Source: Azolla caroliniana (taxonomy: Eukaryota > Plantae > Polypodiophyta). From it: DNA of 64,000 nucleotides. The notes beneath the pieces are model-generated. The model worked only from the letters and a program-made list of their open reading frames with translations. It had not been told where the DNA came from and made no database searches. This document shows, piece by piece, positions 22,308 to 32,432 of this stretch (the stretch's first letter is position 1; every line of letters starts with the position of its first letter). Location: assembly GCA_043228905.1 (NCBI GenBank), contig JBHGNT010000002.1, positions 22,196,001 through 22,260,000 on the forward strand. Direction: 5' to 3'. Made by a program: the position numbers and the translations under genes.

Positions 22308-23087
22308 TGTTAGGAAACAGGTCCCTCCGGATGGGAAGTGAGAAGAACAATGTTGATGAGAAACTCGGCCGAGGCCGAATCCGGATGTGGAGCACCCGGC
22401 AACGGAAGACCCGGTGAGAACCGGATGTGGAGTACTCGGCAACGGAAGACCCGGTGAGAACTGGATGACGAGTACCCGGCAACGGAAGACCCGGTGAGAA
22501 CCGGATGTGGAGTACCCGACAATGGAAGACCCGGTGAGAACCGGATGATGAGTACCCGACAAGGAAGACCCGGTGAGAACTGGATGTTGCAGGCCCGGTG
22601 AGAACCTGTCATCGGATGGAAGGGACATATATGTAAATATGTTCCAGAGAGCCCACTGGGGCTATATTTGTAAATAGCCCGAAAGTCATATTAGTATAAA
22701 TATGACCTAGGGCAAACTTAATAGCAATTATGTAGAGCTGGTTGTATTATTATCGTTGTTGCGATAATTCAGAGCGTAACTGCGTACAGAGAAGAGAGAG
22801 AGAGAGGAAGAGGTTGTTGCCTCTGTTGTAACCGCCTGGTGGCGAAGCGAGGGAGCAAGGGGTCGTTGCCTCTGTGCCCCATTGTTGTAATCTTGATATA
22901 GGGATATTTTGCAGTCTGAGGGCTGCCGTGGTTTTTCCCAGATTTGGGTTTTCCACGTTAACATCCAGTGCACTCTCTTCCTTATTGTTTCGTGTGTAGA
23001 TACATCTCACCACATCCCTGTTTTTCTGTGCCTGATCCGACGTCTCGGTTGTGGCTAAGCATAGCTAAGGAAACCGTATTCCTTTCA
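22308..23087 (+). mobile_element. Solo LTR (780 bp, family unassigned)
   Basis: TG...CA ends, TSD CACCA at 22303-22307 and 23088-23092, TATA-like GTATAAATA near 22694. The LINE frame is restored on removal. Confidence 0.85.
22381..22605 (+). repeat. 40-bp tandem repeat, about 5.5 copies, in the solo LTR U3
   Basis: Unit CCGGATGTGGAGTACCCGGCAACGGAAGACCCGGTGAGAA starts at 22381, 22421, 22461, 22501 and 22541. Confidence 0.92.
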
Positions 23088-23782
23088 CACCATACCACCT
23101 TCGCTCTTACATAACTCCTTTCCTCCCCTGCCCATATAAAATTCTGAACCAACCTTTGAATTTGTCCAATGCACGATTGTGAAAAGATCCAATAGGAAGC
23201 TATATACCACACCGTAGACAATAGCACATGATTGGCAATTATGACGCTCTTGGTCAAAGATAGTTTAGCAGGGCTCCACAAGAATAAAATTTTCCTTAAA
23301 GTTAATAATAACAATGTAACATGTAATTATGGGACCAAATCAATCCCGATCTCACTCCAAGATATCTAACCGCAACTCCTCTTTGAGTCCCTTGGAAAGT
23401 AGGATGCGGTGCCCAACGAGACATCGGCTCCTTGATCACCCAAAATGCAACAGTTTTCTCCCAATTTAACGTAGCTCCGAACGCTATACAAAACTGTAAC
23501 AAAGCCCTGGGTTCTACTTGTAGCTAATTCGTTAGAGTCCCATCCACATATAATTCAGTATCATCTACAAATTCGAAGTCCAATATATCTTGTCCACGTA
23601 TTGGCATCACCAAACTATGCAAGCCCATAGATTGTGCTAATAGAAATACATGCATTAATTCCGCAAACAAAAGAAACAAAAATGGTGCAAGCCGACATCC
23701 TTGACGGACAGACCGAGTAATGTTAAACCGAGGTCCTACTCCTCTTGCCAACAACACCTAACTATTTGCATTTCTATAAAGA

Positions 23783-26700
23783 ACACCATGACATTTGAAA
23801 CAGGTAATATGTTGTGTTCTCTTTTTTACTTCTGGGGAGATGTTAAAAAATGGCTCATTTCAGCACAATTTTACGATGGTATGACACATGCATACATGGT
23901 TTCTTAAAACATGCCAAAATTCTCAACTAATTATTTTCATGACAGGAAAGTCAATACTTTCATATTCCATCTGTCATGTTCTTTTATCCAATTTAGAGAT
24001 AAGGAATGGAATTCCATGTAAGTTAATTGTAATAACCCCGATTTTACAAATTATGAAAATGGTACCCCATTGAACAAATTTTACAATGCGTAATTTATGT
24101 CTATTTATATAGAAGGTGTCTCTTAGTATTAAATGCAATCCACTATGTTATTGATTTGTCTCAAAATGTGGACCATTGTTCTCAACTTGTTGTCATGTAA
24201 AGAACTTTATTTCAAAAACAACCTGTTGTAACTTTGTTTTGGACCAAGATGCATTACCATGGAAGAAGGGACCATTGACAGTTCACATATTTGCTTTTTT
24301 ATTTGCTTTTTAAAATTATGTTTGGAGTTTGTGGCTATATGGAAATATTGAATAATTCCCATAAAATGAGTATTTTTTAGCGAAAAAACGTGGTGAAAAC
24401 TACAGAAAATGGAGGTCTAACTACATAGAAAACTAGTGGAAATTTTGTATATTTCTAAATCTGATGCAATGCATCGCATTTTTGTTGCAAATCCAACACT
24501 TACAACAAGAATCCATTGCACTTCATCATATACTAGATGTATAGAGTATAATCCGATGCAATGCATCGTGGTTCTAAGTCATGGTTCTTGTTTGTCTTTG
24601 TGTTGTGTCTAGATCCACATTTAGGATCCGATTCACTATATCGGATTTCAACTGGATAAAATTTGAAAAAATAAAAAACCTTGGAGTTTCAACTAGAATC
24701 CAATGCAATGCACTGGACTCCAGTTGAAAATCCAAGATTTGTTTTCCTTTTTTCCTTTTTTTCCATAAAAAAATAAAAAATGTATTTTCAACTAAAGTTT
24801 GAAAATTTTAAAAACCTTGAATTTTCAGCTGGAATCCAATGCATTGGATTTTAGTTGAAAATCCAAGTTTTTTTAAATTTTTAAATTTTTTTTCCAGGAA
24901 AAAATAAAAAAATGGATTTTCAACTAAAATACGATGCACTACATTGTATTTTAGTCTATACAGCTAGAATCCAATGCAATGCATTGGATTAAAGTCGAAA
25001 ATCCATTTTTTTTTCAATGTTTTTTATTTTTTCCATAAAAAAATAAATAATAAATCACCTGAATTCTGATAAACTGCATTGGATTTTAGTCTACATAGCT
25101 AGAATTCGAGTGCATTAGATTTTAGCTGTATTCAATAGTTTTTTCATTTTTTCAATACATAAATAAAAATATTAAAAAAAAGGGATTTCCAATTGAATTC
25201 AATTGAAAAGCCAAATTTCTTTTAGTTTTTTCATAAAACAATGAAATAATAAAAAAATTATTGGATTTTCAACGGAAATCTGATACAATCCATCGGATTT
25301 CAATTGAAAATCCATGATAAATGAAAAAAAATAAAAGAAAAATCGTGGACTTTCAACAGAAATTCGATGCATGAAAATCCATCATTTTAAATGGCCAAAA
25401 TCACCAACATTATATAAGAAAATACAAAAAATCATGGATTTCCAACAGGAATCCGATGTAGTGCATCGAATTCCAGTTGCAAATCCAAGATTTTTTTATT
25501 TTTATCATTTTTTATGGAAAAAATAAAAAATAGAAGAAATTTTGGAAACAAATAAGAAAAGCTAGATTTTCAACTAAAATCTAATGCACTGCATCGAATT
25601 TCCGTTGAAAATCCATTTTTTCAATTTTATTAATTTATTAATGGGAAAAATAAAAAAATTCACATAAAATTCAGAAAATAAGAAAATTTGGAAACAAATA
25701 GAAAAAGTAGATTTTCAACTAAAATTTGATGCTTTGCATCAGATTTCTATTGAAAATCTATTTTGCAATTTTTATTTATTTATTTATGGGAAAAATAAAA
25801 TAATTTAAAAATATACAAAAAAAATTCAAATAAATAGATTTTCAACTGAAATCCGATGCAGTGCATCAGATTCTTGCTGTAGACTAAAATCCGATGTAGT
25901 GTATCGGATTTCAGTTGAAAATCTATTTTTTATAAATTTGTTTATTTTTTATGGGGAAAAATATAAAAAATTAATATTTTTTAATAAAATAAAATTTCAA
26001 CTGAGATCCAATGCATTGCATTGGCTTCTAGCTTTTATAGACTAAAATTCATTGCAGTCTATTGAATTTCAATTGATAGTACATATTTTTAATTTTGTAA
26101 TTTTTAATCTTGTTATGGAAAAAATGAAAAAATACATAAAAAATAAAAAAAGTGGACTTCCAACATAAATCTAATGGAGTGTATCATATTTTAGTCTATA
26201 TAGCTAGAATTCAATGCAATGCATTATGTCTCAGTTGAAAATGCAAGAGTATTTTCTTAATGGAAATTTCTAAAAAAGTTCCAAGACACAATAGGAATCT
26301 GATGCACTACATCAAATTCTAGATGTATAGAGTAAAATTTGACATAGTGCATCAGATCTAGATGGAATGAATCGAATTTCTGTTTGACATCAAATGCTTA
26401 CTATGAGAATCTAAGAAAAACAAAAAAACATCTTTAGTAACCGCATTTTTTAGATTCTAATGATTTTGGTAGAAGGTTTCTCTTACATAATCAAATATCG
26501 TAAATAGAAAGTACATAATTAAATATCATAACCAAAAAATGAAGAAGAAAGAATGCATCAAGCACATCTACTCTTACATTGGATAATGTTTTATATACTA
26601 GTTTATGACTTTTCTTTGACCAAAACAAGTTATCTGCGACAGACCACAATGAAGATACTAAATGAGGATCTCGAATGTGGCTCTAGACAGAACATAGACA

Positions 26701-27151
26701 AACAAGAAGCATGACTCATAACCTCGATGAGATTGGATTGCAATTGGATGAAGACAATGCATTAGTTTCCATTGATTCCATTGATGATGAGGATGAGACC
26801 TCATAAACTCCTACTAGTTCATCTAATGGGTATGAAGATGATGGCATAAACTTGGAAAACGATTGTCCTGATATGTTAACTGTAAATATTATATTGTACA
26901 TCAAGATTTGGATTCATGAATTTCTATAAATATTGATGTTAGTCATTTTGGACATTCATTTGTAAGTTTGGCATGTCCATTTTTAGGCATTTTTTTGAAC
27001 ACCTAAAATTTCGTACATGCTAGAAATCAATATATTTTGGGTCATTTTTTAAAATCCTTCACCCCTTTTTGTGAATCACCCTAATTTGTGTCATTTTTTG
27101 ATGGACAGTTCTCAAAATGCGACATATTACTTGTTTCAAATGTCTCGTTGT
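23783..27151. mobile_element. Non-autonomous TIR DNA transposon-like insertion (superfamily unclear)
   Basis: About 32-bp imperfect TIRs with core GACATTTGAAACA(G/A)GTAATATGT. Flanking duplication TAAAGA (4-6 bp depending on boundary). The LINE reads through once it is removed. Confidence 0.8.
24457..26375. repeat. Array of about 50-bp palindromes separated by AT-rich spacers
   Basis: Consensus GATTTTCAACTGAAATCCGATGCANTGCATCGGATTTCAGTTGAAAATC, with roughly 20 degenerate cores counted by eye. Confidence 0.85.
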
Positions 27152-28739
27152 TAAAGACAAGAAACACCCTTAATCCATGTCGTGTTGAAGCCAAGTGATG
27201 CATAGTACCTTCCAAAAAATTCCAGTCAAACCTATATGCTTTCTCAAAATCCAATAGCAACACGACTAGGTTTTGTTTGTTTTTCGCCGCTACTACAATG
27301 GCCTCCCAAAACGTGAAAACATTATCCATAATACTCCTTTCCCACATAAATCAAGTTTGTGATAAATGAATTATCTTTGGTAGTACCTCTTGTAATTGAC
27401 AACTAAGCAAATATTTTATAACTAGTATTCAAGAGGGTGATCGGCCTCCACTTACGAATATTTTCTAAAACCCCCTCTGTTTTAGATATAAGATAAATAA
27501 GCCCCTCAGCTAACAACAGAGGGATCTCTCCACTTTTGAACATATGTTGGTAAGCATCTCTTTAATTCTTTCTTCAATATCCCCCAATATTTCTTGTAGA
27601 ATTTAGGTGTAAGCCCATCCACTCCAGGCAACTATTGTCCAATAACAAGTGTAGCGCTTGTTCCAACTCCAACTCTGTAATAGGTGACATCCATGAATCC
27701 TGCATTGCACGAGTAACCTTGGGTTGACTTTTCGCCCATACCTTCATTCTACTTTGTATGATATCCTCAGAAATAGGCTCTTCTGATAGAAGGGTAACAT
27801 AAAACTGTGCGGCAATTTCCCTCACAGCATTTGGGTCCATTTCAAGTTCGCCATTTTCATTCTACATACAATAGGTTACATTAGAGACTCTCGTGGGGCC
27901 TTTAATATTAATTTTTTTTCTCGTACATCTATCCCCAATTTGCGTCCATCTTGAAGTAGAGTTGTGATAACGAAATTGACTACAATCACATTCTTCCATA
28001 TGTTGAACCTGTTTTCGTTGCGGAAATTCTTTGCATATATAGAATGATATCAATAAAAGGTATATTGTGTATAGAATGCTCTTGGGAAGTGGGATGGGAT
28101 CTCAAACAATGGGAGTCTATGACACCCCCCAACTCATTTTCTCTCATGCAACAACATTTAGGCACACTCTTTGATGTTCAAAAACCAATGAGTATGAACA
28201 CATTAATAATAAAAGCATGCTAGGCTCTTTAGTAAGAATTTTTGGCAATGGTGCCTATGGGGTTTTGTTGCGTTCATACCCAACTTCTACACGTGGCAAA
28301 ATGCAAAATGCTATGGAAAATAAGACCTAGACCCTTATTTTCTCATAAAGTAAGAATCACTTAAAACTTTGATATACACTAAAACATGCATGCATGCATA
28401 TAACATTATACATAGACGTTCATGTCCTACTTGTTGGAAACTTTGACATACACATGTACAACATACATAGACCTTCATTATACTTGTTGGAAGATTTGAC
28501 ATGCATGAGACATTATACATAGATGTTCATGTCTTGTTTGTTGCAAACTTTGACATATATACATGTATAACATACATTTCACACATATACTACAATGGGA
28601 AACCTCCGTATACGCACACCATAGACACAATATTATAAATATGCACCCATATACAACTAGCACCAAAACCTGAGTGCACACACACAAATACACACACACA
28701 CACACACACACACACCTATGGAAAGAAAACAACCACTGT

Positions 28740-29006
28740 CAACAAAATACTTCACTTGCAGTGGTTATTTGTGCATCAAGCCTTACCTGTTGGCACATGG
28801 TTGCATAAGATGGGCATATCCTCTAATTCTGCTCGTTGTAATTTGCAAGCTGAATCTCAAAAACATTGTCAATGGAACTGCTTTGAGTTTCAATCAGTAT
28901 GGAAATGTCTCCTAAGAATATTTACCAACTACTTTCCATCGTCGGAATTCACATGAGGCATGATGGTTTGGAGCATCACTTGTCCGCTATGTTTTCCTCT
29001 ATGATG
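28740..29006 (+). pseudogene. L1 LINE ORF2 C-terminal zinc-binding (zf-RVT-like) remnant
   Basis: WLFVHQALPVG...ARC...ESQKHCQWNC...VWK. The target sequence continues after 47654. Confidence 0.6.
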
Positions 29007-30486
29007 TGATAGAAAAACGGGGAACTTGGCCACAACCAAGTTGAATGCGGAATAGGGAAGCACGCAAATACAGAGAGAGAATAGAAACGATGGTACACAT
29101 GATATATCGTGGAAAACCCCAAATAGGGTAAAAAACCACGGGTGCCCACAGACACCGAACAAATCACTATAAGAGAATGTACAACGACACAAACACACAG
29201 GCGCTGACCTGAGTTCGTTCTCTTCGCCGACTGGCGGTTACAACGGAGACAGTCTCAATGTCTCTTTCGCTCTCAAACACTTCATCTGTTCTGGCTATGG
29301 AGGCAACGACCTCACACACACACTACTTAGTTATACTCAACTACCCTCTACAAGACGATTCTCACAAGCTCTAACATTAACTACTGTTTACCCTAGTTAT
29401 CTTTATACTTAGATAACTTTCGGGTTATTTGTACATGACTGGCCTGAGAAGGCTCGACTCAAACCCATTTACATTTTCCTTTTGTCCTGAAGTCGGCCCA
29501 TCCGAAAGGGACCTAATTCCCAACAAACTCCCCCTTCACTTCGGATGGGGCTTCATTAGTCCCACCCGACTCCGACATGCTCCTAGCCTTTTTGTTGACA
29601 ATACCTTTGTCAGCATGTCAGATCCATTTTCCGATGTGTGAATCTTTGTTAGAGAAAACTCTCCTTCTTCTGCCCGCTCTTGGAGCCAATGGTATGTTCT
29701 TTGAATATGCTTGGTCCTTGAGTGATAGGTTGCATTCTTAGCAAGGTGGACGACACTTTGGTTGTCGTAGTAGAGTCAGAATTCACGTTATCGCATTCCC
29801 AGCTCTCCGACAAACTCCTTCATCCATATCAGTTCTTTGTTGGCTTCGACAACTGCCATGTACTCGGTTTCTATGGTCGACAATGCCACGGTCTTTTGCA
29901 ACCTTGATTGCCACGAGATGGTGTCGTGAAGATTTTCGTCCATAGGCAGAAACCGGGGTGGAAAGGGCAAGTCGGTGGTGTGCAACATGTGCACACGTAT
30001 ACTAGGAAATGGTGTATAGAAATAAGAGGGGAAATTTCATCCCACATTGTAAGGTCCCTCCCTCCTTGGGCTATAAAAGGAAGGGAGGGGTCACTTATGA
30101 AGGGTTGCCTATTTTGCGTATGAGAGGTATACCACTTAGTCTAGAGTTCTTACCATTTTAGGGTTAGGGTTTCGTTTAGGGTTTCCTTATTCATCTTCGG
30201 TTAGCGTTTTCTCATAGTCATTTGGTGTGGCCCATGTGGCCACCATTGTTGTAACCGTTCGTTGTTTTAATATAACTTGTTGAACATCTTGCCTCCGCCG
30301 ATCTCTCCTTCTATGTCGTGGTCTTATTCTTTCCTCTTCTCCTCTTGAGCTAAGCCTCCATATCATGTCCTATTCTTTCTCCTCAACTCCCTAGTCCGAG
30401 ACCCCGGTGGTCCCGCCCCTTCTACACGCACGCGCATAACAACACGACATCTTTGGTGAACCCGACGTGAAGGGCGGCAAGGGAGC

Positions 30487-31080
30487 ATGGAGATGGAAGA
30501 AGACTTCGACTTCGACGAAATGATGGCAAAGATTGTGATGGAAGCCAGACGGAAGATGGCGAAGCGAGATGCAGCTCAACAAGCCGTCGAAAGGGTGGTC
30601 GATCGAGTCGGCCAGTTCAATGGGAATGAGGTCCCAAAAATTTTGGGAGCCTACAAGGCCGAGATGGTGAAAGGGGGCGTGGATGAGGCGATGCGGCTAG
30701 AGTATTTTCCTCGAGTGGCCGCCACATCAGTGCACAAGGAGGTCAAGGAGCTACGAGAAGCTCACGAGTCGTGGGTGTCCTTGGAGGGAGCCCTATTGGA
30801 AGCGTACAGATACGCGAAACCGGAGTGGGTATGCCGGCAACCCGATGGGGAGCGGTCGGCAACAACGTGGCCCGCGAGCGGCAGAGAAGAGAGAGTGGCG
30901 AGTGAGTATGCACTACCGCCGGAAGAGAGCTCAACGCAAAACGGTTCGGAGGAGCTCGACCTAGAAGCGCTAATACGAGAGGCATGCAAGCTTGTGAAGG
31001 AGAAATCGAAGCCGAAGAAGGGCTTATTATGGAGTCGGGCCGGAGGCGATCGGAGGATGCAGAGGAAGAAGCCTCCCTAA
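30487..31080 (+). CDS. Gag N-terminal homolog
   Basis: VGQFNGNEVPKIL...RLEYFPRV..SVHKEV aligns with IGRFDGNDATKYL...RLAGFPRV..SIHAEV of the 5439-13221 gag. Confidence 0.75.
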   Translation: MEMEEDFDFDEMMAKIVMEARRKMAKRDAAQQAVERVVDRVGQFNGNEVPKILGAYKAEMVKGGVDEAMRLEYFPRVAATSVHKEVKELREAHESWVSLEGALLEAYRYAKPEWVCRQPDGERSATTWPASGREERVASEYALPPEESSTQNGSEELDLEALIREACKLVKEKSKPKKGLLWSRAGGDRRMQRKKPP

Positions 31081-32432
31081 GCGTAGAAGATGGGGCCTAT
31101 ACGGAGGCCGGAAGAGCGTACGATGGCGACATGGGAGAGGGTGCGGAGCAAGCGACCCTCTTGCCTTGCGGTGAAGGGACGGCCATGGAGGCCAGTAACT
31201 ACGAATTCAGGACATGGCGGCCCGAAACATCGAGTGGGGAGGAGACAAGCGGCGGTGCTAGGTCCTTACCCACACCGGTCCTAGAGGCTCCGGCGGTCGG
31301 CCCTGAGAGCCCACATGAGGCCGGAGAGAGGGAAGGTGACGGCGGCAAAGCGGACGATCGAAACGACGGCGACGAAGGTCATAGCGGACGAAGGAGAGAC
31401 CCCTCAACACCGGGGCCGGAGACTACGGCGGTTGCGCTCGAATGCCAACATAAGAACGGAGAGAAGGGCGGTGGCCGTGAGGAGGCGTGGCTCGTAGCGA
31501 ACACGTACGAAGATAAGGATGCGAGGCCCGGAACGGGCATATACAAGAGGACCGACAGAGAGGTCGGGAGCGGCAAAGAGGAGAGAGTCGGGAACCGACA
31601 CGACCGGAAGACGACGCGGAAGAAGATTGGAGCGGGCTCCGGTCAACCGGGCCCGAACCGAAGAAGAGCCGGCAAGGCCGGATTTGTTCGAACAAACATG
31701 TACCGGCCGGTTACGATTACGGAAGGGAGCCGACCAAACTGGAACTCGATCGGCCGAGACGGATCCGGGCGAAGGCTAAGTCGGCATGATTGGAGGTCGA
31801 GGCGAACGGGCCACAACATCCGGTGGGAGCCGGTAAGCGCGAGAAGGAGGCCAAGCATGCACGAGGAGTACGAATCGGTGGGAGGCCAAAAGCGAGAGGA
31901 GCCCTCCATGCCTATTCTAGAGACTTCGGCGGTTGCGGATCAACATAAGACCGGAGAGACGACGGGTGGTGGCGAGGAGTCGGAGACCGGAATGGACGAG
32001 GCTACCAGAATGGGTACCCGGTGCGTGAAGACGGACGAGCACGGCCAAGACGGCAAGCCAGAGTCGAAAGGGGCTACGGCAACGAAGGACGAAGAGACCG
32101 ACTCGGAGGTCGGGTCTACGACGGATGAGGCGCTTAATATGAAGTATGCACTACGGCGTAAAACGGAGCATGCTCTACAGCTGCTCAGGGGCCAAGAAAC
32201 GAGCATGTATTCGGAAGAGCCACAACGAGTGACCGGTGACAGCAGTCTGGTCGAGCCTTTGAGAGGCAAAAGCGCGGCGAGAGACGAAGCAGCGAGATGT
32301 CGGGTTCGGCGGATGGGCGGCGAGAGCGAAGGATGGTGCGCAGAGAACAACGGGGTACACACCGGGAACAGAAAACGCGGCGGCTTCCTGGAGGGCATGC
32401 AAGGCCAAGCGGGCCAAGAGGGCGCAAGTTGA
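30984..32432 (+). CDS. Low-complexity E/G/R-rich ORF, probable frameshifted continuation of gag
   Basis: 482 aa overlapping the gag end, with three internal peptide repeats and no recognisable domain. Confidence 0.4.
   Translation: MQACEGEIEAEEGLIMESGRRRSEDAEEEASLSVEDGAYTEAGRAYDGDMGEGAEQATLLPCGEGTAMEASNYEFRTWRPETSSGEETSGGARSLPTPVLEAPAVGPESPHEAGEREGDGGKADDRNDGDEGHSGRRRDPSTPGPETTAVALECQHKNGEKGGGREEAWLVANTYEDKDARPGTGIYKRTDREVGSGKEERVGNRHDRKTTRKKIGAGSGQPGPNRRRAGKAGFVRTNMYRPVTITEGSRPNWNSIGRDGSGRRLSRHDWRSRRTGHNIRWEPVSARRRPSMHEEYESVGGQKREEPSMPILETSAVADQHKTGETTGGGEESETGMDEATRMGTRCVKTDEHGQDGKPESKGATATKDEETDSEVGSTTDEALNMKYALRRKTEHALQLLRGQETSMYSEEPQRVTGDSSLVEPLRGKSAARDEAARCRVRRMGGESEGWCAENNGVHTGNRKRGGFLEGMQGQAGQEGAS

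Larger units (their letters stand above)
21763..27850 (-). mobile_element. Degenerate L1-type LINE ORF2 (RT), interrupted by a solo LTR and a TIR element
   Basis: Fragments LLDFEKAY, SVRQGCRLAPFLF, FVDDT, LNWEKT, RYLG, LTKSVIIANHVLLS and AKVVW..TPKQHGDL lie in the correct order across the insertions. Confidence 0.85.

Noticed and set aside
22381-22605. Hammerhead ribozyme / retrozyme LTR
   Set aside because: The CUGANGA...GAAA core was not seen in the repeat units.
22041-22628. 195-aa repeat protein
   Set aside because: It arises from the 40-bp minisatellite in a solo LTR read into LINE remnant sequence.
24457-26375. CRISPR array
   Set aside because: Repeats are degenerate with irregular spacing, spacers are low-complexity A/T, there are no cas genes and the context is a plant nuclear TIR element.
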